A stretch of 64,000 nt of DNA from Cetorhinus maximus (Eukaryota): positions 36,208,001 to 36,272,000 of the forward strand of contig NC_135880.1 of NCBI RefSeq assembly GCF_964194155.1. The letters run 5' to 3'. This document shows, piece by piece, positions 36,638 to 48,817 of the stretch. The number at the start of each line of letters is the position of its first letter. Within the stretch, counting starts at the first letter, position 1. Made by a program: the position numbers and the translations under genes. The notes under the pieces were generated by a model, which saw nothing but the letters and a program-made list of their open reading frames with translations, searched no databases and was not told where the DNA came from.

Positions 36638-38830
36638 ATACGAACCCAAGAACTAGGAGCAGAAGTAGGCCATTTGGCCCTTCGATCCTGCTCTGCCATT
36701 TGAAAAGATCATGGCTGATCTGATTGTGGCCTCAACTCTACTTTCCTGTCTATTCCTGAACATTTGACTCCCTTGTTAATCAAGAATCTATCTAACTCTG
36801 CCTTAAAAATGTTCAATGACCCTGCCTCCATGGCTCTTTGGGGAAGAAAATTCCACAGACCAACGACTCTGAGAGAAAAGAATTCTTGTCCTCTCTGTTT
36901 ACCCATTATTTTTAAACTGTGTTTCTTAGTTCTAGTCACTCCTATAAAGAGAGAAACCTCCTTTCCACATCTACCCTGTCAACTCTCTCCTCAGGATCTT
37001 ATGTTTCAATAAGATCACCTCTCATTATTCTTAACTCCAACGGATACAGGCCCAACCTTTCCTCCCCATATAACCCCTTCATCTAAGGTCTCAGTAGAGT
37101 GAACCTTCTCTGAACTGCTTCTTGTGCAATTATATGCTTTGTGTAAGGAAATCAAAACTCTAGACAGTAGTCCAGATGTGGTCTCATGGGGAAGATGACG
37201 TAGTGGTCATGTGACTGGACTAGTAATCCAGAGACCCAGGCTGATGATCTGGGGACACAAGTTCAGTTATTACTACAGCAGCTGGTAGAATTTAAATAAA
37301 ATCTGGAATTGAAAGTTAATCTTGAAAATGGTGACCTGAAACTATCATCGATTGTTGTGAAAACCCATCTGGCTCACTAATGCCCTTTAAAGAAGGAAAC
37401 CTGACCTACATGTGACTCCAGACCCACAGAATTGTGGTTGAGTCTTAACTGCCCTCTGAAATGGCCTAGCAAGCCACTTCATTCAAGGGAAATTAGGAAT
37501 GGACAATAAATGCTGGCCTTGTCAACGACACCCATATCCCATGAAAGAACAACTTTAAAAATGCCCTGTACAACTGTAGCAAAACCTCCCTACTTTTATA
37601 CTCTATTCCGCATGCAATAAACGTCAATATTCAATTTGCCTTCCTAAAACTTGCTGTGTCTGCATACAAACTTTTTATGATTCATGTACCAGGACACCAA
37701 GATCCATCTGTAATGCAGAGTCTGCAAAATCTCTCCATTTAAACAGTATACTGCTTCTTTATTCTTCCTGACAAAGTGGAAAAGTTCACACTTTCCCACA
37801 TTTTACTCCACCTGCCAAATTTTTGACCTCTTGCTTAGCCTATCTGTATCCCTTTGCAGACTCCTCATGTCCTCTTCACAACCTACTCTCCGACTTACCT
37901 TTGTGTCAGCAGCAAATTTAGCAACCATGCATTTGGTCCCTTCAACCAAGCCATTGATATAGATTGTAAATAGTTGAGGCCCCAGCACTGATCCCTGTGG
38001 CACTCCACTAGTCATAGCTTGCCAAAAAAACCCATTTATCCCTACTCTCTTCTTCCTATTAGCTAACCAATCCTTTATCCTGCTAATATGTTACCCCTGA
38101 CACCATGAGCTCTTATTTTGTGTAGTAACTTTTTTGACGTGGCAACTTAGAAATGCCTTCTGGAAATCCAAGTACACCACATTCACAGGTTCCCCTTTAC
38201 CCATGTTCTTTGTTATTTCCTCAAAGAACTCTAATAAATCAGTCAAACATGATTCCCTTTCTCACAAAAATATTAACTCTGCCTGATTGCCTTAAGATTT
38301 TCTAAGTGCCCTGCTTAATATGACTGATATAAGGCTAACTGCCCAGTAGTTTCTTGCTTTCTGTCTCCCTCCTTTCTTGAATAGAGGAGTTACATTTGGT
38401 ATTTTCCAATTTGATGGGACCTTTCCAAAGTCTGGGGAATTTTGGAAAATTACAACCAATGCATCTACTATCTCAGCAGCCACCCTAGGTTGCAAGCCAT
38501 CAGTTCCTGGGGACTTGTCAGCCTTCAGTCCTAATAATTTTCTCAGTTCTTTTTCCCTGGTGATTATAATTGTTTTGAGTTCCTCCCCATCTTTGACCTC
38601 TTGATTTACAAGTATTTCTGGGATGTTATTTGTGTCTTCTACAGTAAAAGTGGACAGAAAATATCTGTTCAACGCTTTACCATTTCCTTATCTCCTACTA
38701 TTAATTCCCCATTCTCACTGTCTTGAGGACCAACGCTTTCTTTAATTACTCTTGTCCTTTTTGAATACTTGTAGGAACTCTAACTATCTGTTATATTCTA
38801 GCTAGCTTTCTCATACTCTTAATTTCTCCC
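36638..38830 (-). mobile_element. CR1 LINE (RT to 3'UTR) interrupted by a SINE
   Basis: LKADKSPGTDGLQPR..WKIPNVTPLFKKG, TSGVPQGSVLGPQLFTIYIN..KFAADTK, FFSLRVVGLWNFLPQ. Confidence 0.92.
37187..37560 (+). mobile_element. Full-length tRNA-derived SINE nested in CR1
   Basis: A-box TGACGTAGTGG, decayed B-box, same body and LINE-type tail as 1581-2420. CR1 sequence resumes at 37561. Confidence 0.85.
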
Positions 38831-39944
38831 TCATTTTTAAAAATTCATTCAAATAATGACATTGGCTTTGCTATCCCAGGAATATCACAGTCATAAAGTT
38901 CCAGATGCACTAGTGTGCAGTATTTCCAGTGTGCGGTACTTTGGTATACAATAGATACATTAGTTTGAATATTAATACTACTTTGTTTCATTTCCCTGCG
39001 TTGTCACGGCTGACCAGTTGCATATCGCAAGATTTGGTATAATTTATAAAGTATGAAATCAAAATATTAATGGCCATATTAGAACTTAACTTGTGGCATA
39101 AGTTTGACAGATGCTGACTGGTGTCTCATTTCAGGTTTCCAGTAATTATAGCTTTTCTACGTTGCTGCCATACATTTGTTACTGTTATATGGCTTTCGGA
39201 TTAAAGCTTTGACATTTGTATAACAAACTAAGTATAAATGATCTCCTGGACAGTGAACAGATTGGTAGATTTAATTTTCACTTGGCAGTTCAATCCCTAA
39301 AATGCCACATTGAGAGCTTTCATCCAACTAAGGTTTAACTGCCAGCCAGTTGCCAGATTTTTGTTGCTTCTAGATGGAAATACAGAAATGTTTTGGCAGT
39401 ATTTAGCTATGCCTTAACTGAACTATTTCTCCTTCCTTCCTTTGTTCTTCCCTTTATTCCCCCAATACGTTGCCATATTTTTGTAAGGAAAACATGGTGA
39501 AAGCAAAGCATCTGTAAGTGTTGATGTTGAGAAACTTTGGCAGACTGTATACAAATACAAGGGAAACTCTTTCAAGTTACCAACAGTCTCAGATTGCAAC
39601 TCTTTCGAGTACAATCACAGTTCTTGGTTTCCGGGAGTGGGACATGAACCCACAACCCTCTGATTCAAAGGCGAGGGTGCTATGAACTGAGCCACAGCTG
39701 ACACCTCACAAATACAAGGGAAGGAGAAGGATTGCTATGTGAATCTATATATTTGGTAGTGGAGTCTTCAGATTGCACAGTTAGCATTTCCTAATTGGAA
39801 AAAAAACCTTGTGCTAATTAAAGTTTTTCAATTTGTTTGCATCTAATGGAAACTGAAGTGATTTGAACTATTTGACTTCTCCATCCCCAGCATGGTTGTG
39901 CACAAGCAGTTTTATGGTCTAATTTCTACTTTCTACCCCCTCAG

Positions 39945-40101
39945 GGAGCAGCCCATCTTCAGCACGCGAGCCCATGTCTTCCAGATTGATCCTACCACAA
40001 AGAAGAACTGGGTTCCCACCAGCAAACATGCTGTGACTGTGTCCTACTTCTATGACAATACACGCAATGTATACAGGATAATCAGCCTTGATGGGTCAAA
40101 G
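39945..40101 (+). CDS. HOMER1: HOMER1 exon 2 (EVH1 domain N-half)
   Basis: cag|[53 protein letters not shown]|gtgagg, 157 nt. KHAVTV and IISLDGSK are Homer1-type residues. Confidence 0.98.
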
Positions 40102-40949
40102 GTGAGGACTACATGAAAGTACAATGCATAAAAGGCTGGGTTTTCTATCAGATCTGTTTTGCTATCTCTGACTCCTGTTACGATCTCTGTAGAGACCGAT
40201 AATTTTACAAGTATTTGAATTCCCAGTGACCGACTTAAAGGAATCACATAACAAGATTTCAAGTTTTCAGACTTTTACTGTAACAAACAAACTAAAAGCA
40301 GTCTTGACTAAACATTAATTAGAGGAGACGAATATTTTAAAATACAGAAAAGATATTCCTTGGCAGTGTTTAACACGACCAATAAGCCCACGCTGCATTT
40401 ACTGTACGACACGCTATCCACAGAATTGCTGCCTTTTCAGGAAACAGTCCAAAGCCACTCCCAGTTTCCAACAGGTTCACTTCTCCCCATTTTGCCACAT
40501 CATAAAGGGATTGTCACACTTTACAATTTCCATCGGCCTACTAAAATAGGAGACTTTCATGTTACACACGCATGCGCTCACTTTTGACTTTTATGTGTTG
40601 GACTGTACTTATTCATGTTAAAATGTATCTGCCACATAATTGCATATCCGTCTACCTCTTCAAATGATCCAAGTATTTCTGAGGATAGTTATTCTCTTTT
40701 TTAACTCTTTCCCTACTTTTTATCAAAAGTAAATTTCACATTATAGACCCACTGTACCACATCCTTCATGAATAGAAGCAGAATTCCCCAATCATTTCAT
40801 GTGAAATTCCACTAGTGACTTTTTTTTCTTCTCCAGTCAATTTTGCATTTATACTACCCTGTGCTCCCAAGCCAGTTCTAAATCCATTTAAACATCTGAT
40901 TTTTTAGGATATAGAAAAATATTATTTAGCACAGTACCAGGCAGCTGAT

Positions 40950-41335
40950 TGCAACTTGAGCACAAAATCCTAGGTTGACATTCCCATGCAGCACTGAGGG
41001 AGTGCTGCATTGTCTGCGGTGGTGTCTATTGGATGCAATATTAAACCAACATCCTGTCTCTCTCTTAGGTGGATGTAAAATATCCCTATTTTGAAGAAGA
41101 GTAGGGGAGTTATTCCTGGTACCCTTGCCAATAATTATCTCTCAATCAACATCACAAACAGATTATCTGGTTATCATTACATAGCAGGCTTCCACAAACA
41201 GTAATGTGCAAATTGGCTGCCACATTTCCTGCTTTATAGTAGCGACTACATTTCAGTAGCACTTCATTGGCTGTGAAGCACTTTGGGACATCCTGAGGTC
41301 ACACAAGGAGTTGTATCAATGCAAACCTGCCTTTC
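40950..41335 (+). mobile_element. Deu-domain SINE
   Basis: ACTTGAGCACAAAATCCTAGGTTGAC..GCAGCACTGAGGGAGTGCTGCA..TTGAAGAAGAGTAGGGGAGTT..CTTCATTGGCTGTGAAGCACTTTGGGAC; aligns to 46035-46465. Confidence 0.75.
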
Positions 41336-42429
41336 TTTAAGGAAGATTGATGCTGTATCTCATACTTCAATTAAAATTGGTTCTTGCATATACAATGAAG
41401 AATGGCTAAGTCATGCACAATTTTTTGAATCAACTGGTTCATGAGCTATATGAACAATAAGCTTTTGGAGCAATGACTCTAGACAGTTTTCCCTTAAACA
41501 AATTTTGTGTGCTGCTTCTCAGCCCCATTGACAGATTAATCAAGGTATATTCTTGATGCGAGGTGCCTTAACTGAGTGTCTTAATAATACAAGCTGAAAT
41601 ATAAGTTTGCACAGTGTAGTCTTCAGATTACTTTCACCTTTTTGGAATTTATTGTTAATGTTTTACATTTGAGTAAAACAGCAATGATGTACAGAATGAC
41701 TTCACTAGAACTTTATCGCCATTGTACAGAGTAATGGACACAAGCAGGTAATGTATGGTGTTGGAGGCTCAGCTGGTGAGTGAAGTTCATGGGATATTCA
41801 CAGGTGTTACTGCTAAAGAAGCTTTTATTCAGTAAAAATGCAGGAATTAGTGCATTTCCCTGTTGCAGAGAGAGTGTTTTTAGGACGAGCAGATTCTGCA
41901 TGATCACTCTGCACTGTTCTTCCCCATAATTGGCAAAGCTGAGACGTGCAACCCCTGAAGTTGCAGTCTGTGGCTCATCACTTTTGTCCAGTTTAAGCTA
42001 TGGCTCTGTGCCATTCTGTGGATCCAGAACTGAAACTTTGCACAAGGCCCCTGCAAGGCAAATGTTGCTTCTGCTAATTGTGAAGGAATAATTCAAACAG
42101 CTACAGTAGATCAGTATTTTTTAAACTTCTTTGTTGAAGGACCCAGATCATGGACCACCCCCACCCTCCCCACTGTCAGCCATTGAAGTTATAATGCTAT
42201 ATAACATTCATAATATGAAAGTGCTGTATGAAAAGAATAAATAAAGTGAATAATGATTTTAAGGAAACAGGAATTCACTTAACAGATATTCAGTGAGATG
42301 GGTGTTCCTGCTTCTCACTGCAGGGAACTGTCCTTCCTGCACACTCCCTGCTAGTTGAGACAGTGAGCCCACTCTGCACTCTACTATCATCTCATGGCTT
42401 GCATTTCAAATTATTTCGTGGATGCTATC

Positions 42430-44230
42430 ACCCCCTGGCCAGCAAGACTGTACAGACCCCCCATGGGATGTAAGAATATAAGAAGTGGGAGTAGGCTATC
42501 CAGCCTCTCAAGCTTTCTCTGCCATTCAGAAACTCACCAAGACTCCTTAGAACGCACCTTCTAAACCTATGAGCTCTGCCATCAAGGACAGCAGACACAT
42601 GGAAGCACCACCACCCATAAGTTCCCCTCCAAACCACTCACCATCCTGACTTGGAAATATATCGCCATTCCTTCACTGTCGCTGGGTCAAAATCCTGGAA
42701 CTGTCCCTAACAGCAGTGTGGATGTACCAACACCACGTGGACTGCAGCAGTTCAAGAAGGCAGCTCATCACTACCATCTTGAGAGCAACTGGAGGCAGTG
42801 GCATAGTGGTATTGTCACTGGACTAGTAATCCAGAAACCCAAGGTAATGCTCTGGATTCGAATCTCACCTAATGATGACCATGAAACCATTGTCACTATC
42901 TTTACCTGGTCTGGCCTAAATGTGACTCCAGACCCACAGCAATGTGCCCTCTGAACAAGGGCAGTTAGGGATGGTCAATAAATGCTGGCCTGGCCAGTGA
43001 CGCCCACATCCCATGAATTAATTTTTTTTTAAAAACCACGAGGAAGCATTCTCCCCACCGGGTCAGGGGGGTGGGGGGCGGGGGGGGGGGGGGGGGAGGG
43101 GTGCGGGTGGAAGTGCAGGATAGGCGCCCCCAATCAGGGGCGCGTGAAAGAGCACACTCGTCTCCCTGAGGCTAAGTGCTGCCTCAGGGAGATCGGCGCC
43201 AAATTTTAAAATGGTAAAGGTGCAAAAACAAAATTTCCCTGACATGTCCCCTCATGGGACATGTCCATCACTTTAAATCATACATTTATTAAATTTTCAA
43301 AAACCCTCATGAAACCTCATCCCGCCCGTGGATGAGGTTTAATGCTTTTTCTGAAGCCCACCAGGGCTCCTGGCCTGCCTACCAACCCTAAGGTTGGATG
43401 GGCAGGTCCATTAATGAGGTTCTGCTGAAGGGCCATGAGGGCTCGAAACGTTGACTGATTTCTTCTCCACCGATGCTGCCAGACTTGCTGAGTTTTTCCA
43501 GGTAATTCTGTTTTTATTTTGTTTTGGATTTCCAGCATCCGCAGTAGCTTTTAGTTTTTTGTTTTTAACATTAATGAGGCTAATGACTTTGTCAATGGCC
43601 TCAATAGGCCGTTGACAGGTCGGCGGGCGCACAGCTGATTTGGCCGCGCCCCCGCCAACTTGAAAATTGAAATGACGTGGGTGACGTCGGGAATTCTGCC
43701 CGACAACATCCCGCGTAATTTTACGCGTTGGTGAGTGGGCCCCGCCGCCTGCTCGCCAACATAAAGATCCTGCCCATGATCTTTTACCTCCACTTCCCCA
43801 CCATCACACCTTGCCTTTTGTATTCAAAAACACTCAGCATTGAATATGTTCACTGACCTAAGTATCCGCAGACCTTTTATGGTAGAGAATTCAAAAGGTC
43901 TGCAACTTTTTGAATAAGGAAATTTCTCCTCATCTCAGTCCTATTCTGAGACTGTGACCTGTCAGTTCTTGATTCCCCAGTCAGGGAAACATCTTCTGAG
44001 CCTGTACCCAGTCAAGCCTCTTAAGAATTTTATACACTCCAATGATAGCACCTCTTTCTCCTAAACTCTAAGGAATATTGTTTACTCAATCCCTCCTCAT
44101 TGGGCCATCTCTGCATCCCAGAGTCTAGTCTAACCTATGTTTCACTCCGTCTAAGGAAATATATCCTCCTTTTGGTAAGGAGATCAAAACAGTGCACACT
44201 ACTCCAGGTGTGATCTCACCAAGGCTCTAT
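42430..44230. mobile_element. Nested cluster: minus CR1 3' end, plus LINE/SINE 3' end (~42530-43030), minus Harbinger-type MITE (~43040-43775)
   Basis: The CR1 3'UTR starts ~42468 and resumes at ~43776. The MITE terminus reads GGGCAGGATCTTT on the minus strand from 43775 and aligns to 46790 onward. Confidence 0.75.
43420..43568 (+). mobile_element. Solo Penelope pLTR with hammerhead motif (43418-43456) inserted in a MITE
   Basis: 11-bp TSD CATTAATGAGG (43409-43419; 43569-43579). CTGCTGA-A-GGGCC(ATGAG)GGCTC-GAAA-CGTT-GACT. Confidence 0.88.
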
Positions 44231-44792
44231 TTCTATCCCTGGTTTGCTGTAATTAATTTGGGTGCTATGTCTGGGACAAGGGATCTAAGGCGTGCTTTTT
44301 CACAAGGATATTACAATCCTGTCTTTTAGTTAGATCTCAGTGTAGAGAGAGTAAACTATGAATACAAAGTTCTCTTGTTTAAATGCTAATACAAGATTGT
44401 GCCCACAGTGTGCTTGCTCACAGTGGTAGTCTTTCTCATCAACTTTTTATCTTGCCTGAATTGGTTCAATAAATCTCCTCCGTTTCCCCTTCCAGCACCT
44501 GACTGCAGTGCACAGGCATCAAGGATGCAGATAAGAATGAGGTTATGATCTTATTGTAGACAAATTCTGTTAGGATCAGTAAAACTTTCCCTTTATTGGT
44601 GCTTATTTTCAAATCTTTCTGGGCTCTGAAATGCACTTCCTACAGCAAACCTTTTGAGAATATTTCAGCTGATCCTTTTTATTGTGTTGATCCAAGATGT
44701 AAATATTTTGCTTAAAATGTGAGGTGGGCACTAAGGAACTTGTTTGTGCAAGCATTGTTGCTGTCTCCCTGATCACTACTACACGCGCACAC

Positions 44793-45460
44793 GGCTGAAT
44801 TTTGCAGCCCACCCACGCGCAGCAAGGAAGGTGAGTTAACAGCACTGCCATCTGTGGCCTGCCCAGCTGCCCCACCATGATTTTATATGTGCTGCAGGAG
44901 GCATTGGGTGGGTCATCCCCATGATCCAATTTAGGCCCTTAAGTGGGCAATTAATACTCTGATTTAGACAGGGAAGCCTGGCACTCAACATGCAGCCAGG
45001 CAGTTTTAACCCTGTGGGCTGTTGACCAGTTAAGGAGTTTGTGGGGAGGGTGCAGGGTGCCTCTTGCCTGGCTGCTGGTACCAGTTGAAGGCCCCTCACC
45101 ACAGTTTTGTCTCCCCATATCCATTCTCATTGCCTTCCCCTGTCCTGTCCAACATGCCCCCACCCCAGGCCCCAGTGATATCCAAGACATACCCGAATGT
45201 CCTGGTCTGTCGCTGAACACCACCACCTTGTCCTACTTGCAGTACTGGCAGTGGCCACCACTTCTGCTGGCGCTGTCTGCATACAGAACTGCTGGCCTTT
45301 GATTGGCAACAGCTAAATGAGGCTGGACTTTCTCCTGGACACAGACACAAGTCCCACCTTGCTAATTAAAGTGCCATTGGCCAAACAATTAAAGTGAGGT
45401 GAGCCAGCTATGCGGAGGCAGGCTCTCCCGCCCCACTACCCCCACCCCCCAACATTTACA
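44793..45460 (+). mobile_element. Older Harbinger-type MITE remnant
   Basis: Starts GGCTGAATTTTGC like the other MITE TIRs and is GC-rich; right end unclear. Confidence 0.5.
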
Positions 45461-46034
45461 CTCAGCATATAACCTAAGGTATAGTGATGCCCATCTTGAG
45501 AGCCTTAGTCCCAATGCACACTGAGCATTGACCTTTTGGGTGATGAGGATAACTACTTTTCCAAGGACCATGTCCATGCAAATTGAATGTCTGGAAATGT
45601 TCAGATTTTATGAGAAATGACCAACCTGCACTACTTGTGAATTTTCATTGCCTAACCATACTACTGAATAATAGCCACAATTTTTTTTGTGTTTCTGTGA
45701 TTGGACTCAAAGTTAATCTGTTTCATAATCAAGGAGCTCATATGTGGAACAAGTACAAAATATCAAGTCTTTTCTTAAGCTTTTTTTAAAATTTGTTCAT
45801 GGGATGTGGGTATTGCTAGCAAGGCTAATGCTTATTTCCCATCCCTAAAAGACCTTGAGAACATGGTGGTGTACAGCTGCAGTCCATGTGGTGTAACTAT
45901 ACCCACAATGCTGTTGGGTAGGGAATTTGAGGATTTTGACCCACCATGATTAAGAAACACGAATGTGTTTTCAAATCAGGATAGTCCACAACATGTCAGG
46001 GCCAAGTGGCACTCTTCCCAGGTTACGTCAAATT

Positions 46035-46465
46035 AAAGTGTCAGCTGTGACTCATTTGATAGTGCACTCTCCTCTGAGCCAGGAGGTTGAGTTTAAATCT
46101 TACTTAAGAGCTCGAGCACAAAGACCCAGACTGACATTCCAGTGCAGCACTGAGGGAGTGCTGCACTGTCAGAGATGTCATCTGAGGCCTCAACTGCTCT
46201 CTCGGATGAATGTAGATCTCATGGCATTATTTCAAAAAAGAGCACGAGAGTTAATCCCCAGTCTTCTGACCAATATTTATCCCTCAGCCAACGTCTCAAA
46301 ACAATACCTGGTCATTATCAAATTGCTTTTTGTAAGAATATGCTGTGTACAATTTGACTTCCATGTTTCCTACATTACAACAGTGACTACACTTCAAAAG
46401 TACTTAATCTGGTTTAAAGCACTTTGGTGGTTCATGAAAGGCACCATATAAATGTAAATCTTCAA
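46035..46465 (+). mobile_element. Deu-domain tRNA-derived SINE, near full length
   Basis: tRNA-like head (GTGTCAGCTGTGACTCA..GAGTTTAAATC), body CAGTGCAGCACTGAGGGAGTGCTGCACTG, tail TACATTACAACAGTGACTACACTTCAAAAGTAC. Confidence 0.8.
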
Positions 46466-46789
46466 TCCTTTACATTGGCAGCCCCTCTGCTTGATATAGA
46501 AAACACATTAAAGATTTGTCCCCTTAAAATCTTTAGGTATTTGAAGAACATTAGAAAAAAATTCTAGTTAACTAACTTGCAACATTAAAAAGGTAAGAAT
46601 TTATATGTGGAAAGATTAGAGTACTTCAGAATTTCTGAAAAGTGAAACTAAAATTAAGAAAATACGGTGATGGTGAGTGCAAGTAAAATAGATACATTTA
46701 TATGATGTTGTTCAGCATTAGTTAATTATTTATAATGGTCGAGTAGGTCTTAGGGAATTAAAGAAGTTTGAGGAGAGAATTAAATCTAT

Positions 46790-47503
46790 GGGCTGAATTT
46801 TTCCGTCGGCGAGCTGGGGGGTGGGGCCCGCTCGCCAGCGCGAAAATGACGCGGGATGAGGTCGAGCGGAACCTCCAACGTCACCCCGCCCCATTTAAAT
46901 ATTCAGGAAAGCGGGCGGACAGTGCAATCAGCTGTCCGCCCGCTGACCTGTCAATGGCCAATTGAGGCCATTGACAGGGTAGTTAAAACAATTAAAAGGC
47001 CCCACCCGTCCAACCTTAAGGTTGGCGGGGAGGCCAAGAGCCCCAGCGGGCTTCTGAAAAAAAACATGAAACCTCATCCACCGGCGGGATGAGGTTTCAT
47101 GTCGGTTTTAAAAGAGTTTAATAAAGTTTTTGTGCACTTTATTAACATGTCCCATCTCGTGTGACATTGTCACATGAGGGGGACATGTTAATGATTTTTT
47201 TATTGTTCAATCTTTAAACTTTGAAAACCTTTCAGTGATCTCCCTGAGGCACCACTTAGCCTCAGGGAGATGTGCACTCTTTTGCACACATGCGTGAAAA
47301 AGCGCACACTCGCATTTGGTGAATCCCCCCCTCCCCCACACAGGAAGCGCATAGTGCATTTCCATCAGGCGTCACGCTGGGGGGCCTTAATTGGCCCGCC
47401 CACGTAAAATGGCGGCGGGGCCCGTTTTGGCAGCAGCGATCGGCTGCCCGCCCACTGCTGAGTCGGTCGGGCCCGCCCACCCGTCAAGGGCAAAATTTAG
47501 CCC
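46790..47503 (+). mobile_element. Complete 714-bp non-autonomous Harbinger-type element (MITE)
   Basis: Imperfect ~22-bp TIRs GGGCTGAATTTTTCCGTCGGCG / (rc) GGGCTAAATTTTGCCCTTGACG. 3-bp TSD TAT (46787-46789; 47504-47506). CpG-rich, so probably young. Confidence 0.88.
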
Positions 47504-48259
47504 TATATGTGGCAGCTTTTTCAGCAGCGGGCTTTTAGCTAATACATGAAAAATCTAACCAGAGTAGCTGATCCGAGTTCCCTGAGTTGTCTGACTATCC
47601 AAAGATTAAAAGCATTAAAATTCTCACGGCAAACGTTTCCTGAAGCTGACGATTAAACTTGCTGATCCACGGATGTTTACCTCAAAGTTAAATGACCAGT
47701 TTGTTCCTTTTTCAAAAATTGGGATGAAATTTGGTCAACAAGATGCAATCTCCAACAACCTGCTTGTTGACAACTGGAAAATAGTTTCAAGTGCATGGAG
47801 ATGCAAGTTATTTTGTATTCCTTCATGTGGAAGCTTTGGAGTTTGGATTTTTTTTTTGCAAACGCCATTTTGTGTCTTTCCATAGGAAGTTGTGATTTTC
47901 TATTTAGGAAATGTTTCCAACTCTTGTTGATTGAAACTGTTAAGACGAGCATTATGCATTCTTCCACAAACTGATTTTTGGGATTTCCCTTTTTAATGTG
48001 GAAAGCAAGTAGCTAACAGAAATAAGGATATATGGACAGTTTGTCACAAGCATCTTTCAGGTGGGGTGTTGAAGAAATAATCAACCCAAGCATCTTTCAA
48101 TGTCAATTTTGAGCTACCTGTTTGAAGTACAAGTGGTTTGGAATTAAATGGCCTGTCTAACCTTATTGGGGAAGGCTGGGGCCATTGATCTGTTTTGAAG
48201 GATTCTAGTTATAGAAGCCAATTAAACGATACAATGAAGTGTGTTTTGTTTTCTTCCAG

Positions 48260-48391
48260 GCAATAATCAACAGCACAATCACTCCAAACATGACATTCAC
48301 AAAAACATCTCAGAAGTTTGGACAGTGGCCGGATAGCCGTGCAAACACAGTCTACGGTTTAGGTTTTTCCTCGGAACATCATCTAACAAAA
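48260..48391 (+). CDS. HOMER1: HOMER1 exon 3 (EVH1 domain C-half)
   Basis: ccag|[44 protein letters not shown]|gtgagt, 132 nt. Confidence 0.98.
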
Positions 48392-48817
48392 GTGAGTATA
48401 ACCATGTAATGTGGGACAGCATTTTGGAAAACTTGGCAAAGTAAATATTCATAAACACATCTGGTGGTACTTGCATTGAATTTAACTTGTACAAAATTAT
48501 GCCTATTTTCTAGATTATGACTAAAATGTTAGAAATGCACAATAACTCCAATACCCTATACAGTAATTCCTTGCTTAACATTGTAATTGCATTTCTGAAC
48601 TTGGGTTATGACCTGAGAGAGAGAGAGAGAGTGTCCCGCCGGTTTATGGTTGATGCAAAACTTGTTTAAAAAGTTAATTAAGGTGACATCATAATGTAGC
48701 ATGTTTCCAGAGTATCTGTATAATGATTGGCTGCACTACAGTGTGACAAGATAGCGATTACCAATTCTACCAAAATGTCAATGATATAGTTTGAACAACT
48801 GCATAAGCTGCCAGAAT

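Noticed and set aside
39625-39705. tRNA-like sequence on the minus strand
   Set aside because: Matches the head of the Deu-type SINE (cf. 46035-46100); no convincing cloverleaf.
45963-46451. 162-aa ORF
   Set aside because: Lies entirely over a LINE tail and a Deu-type SINE; a chance open frame.
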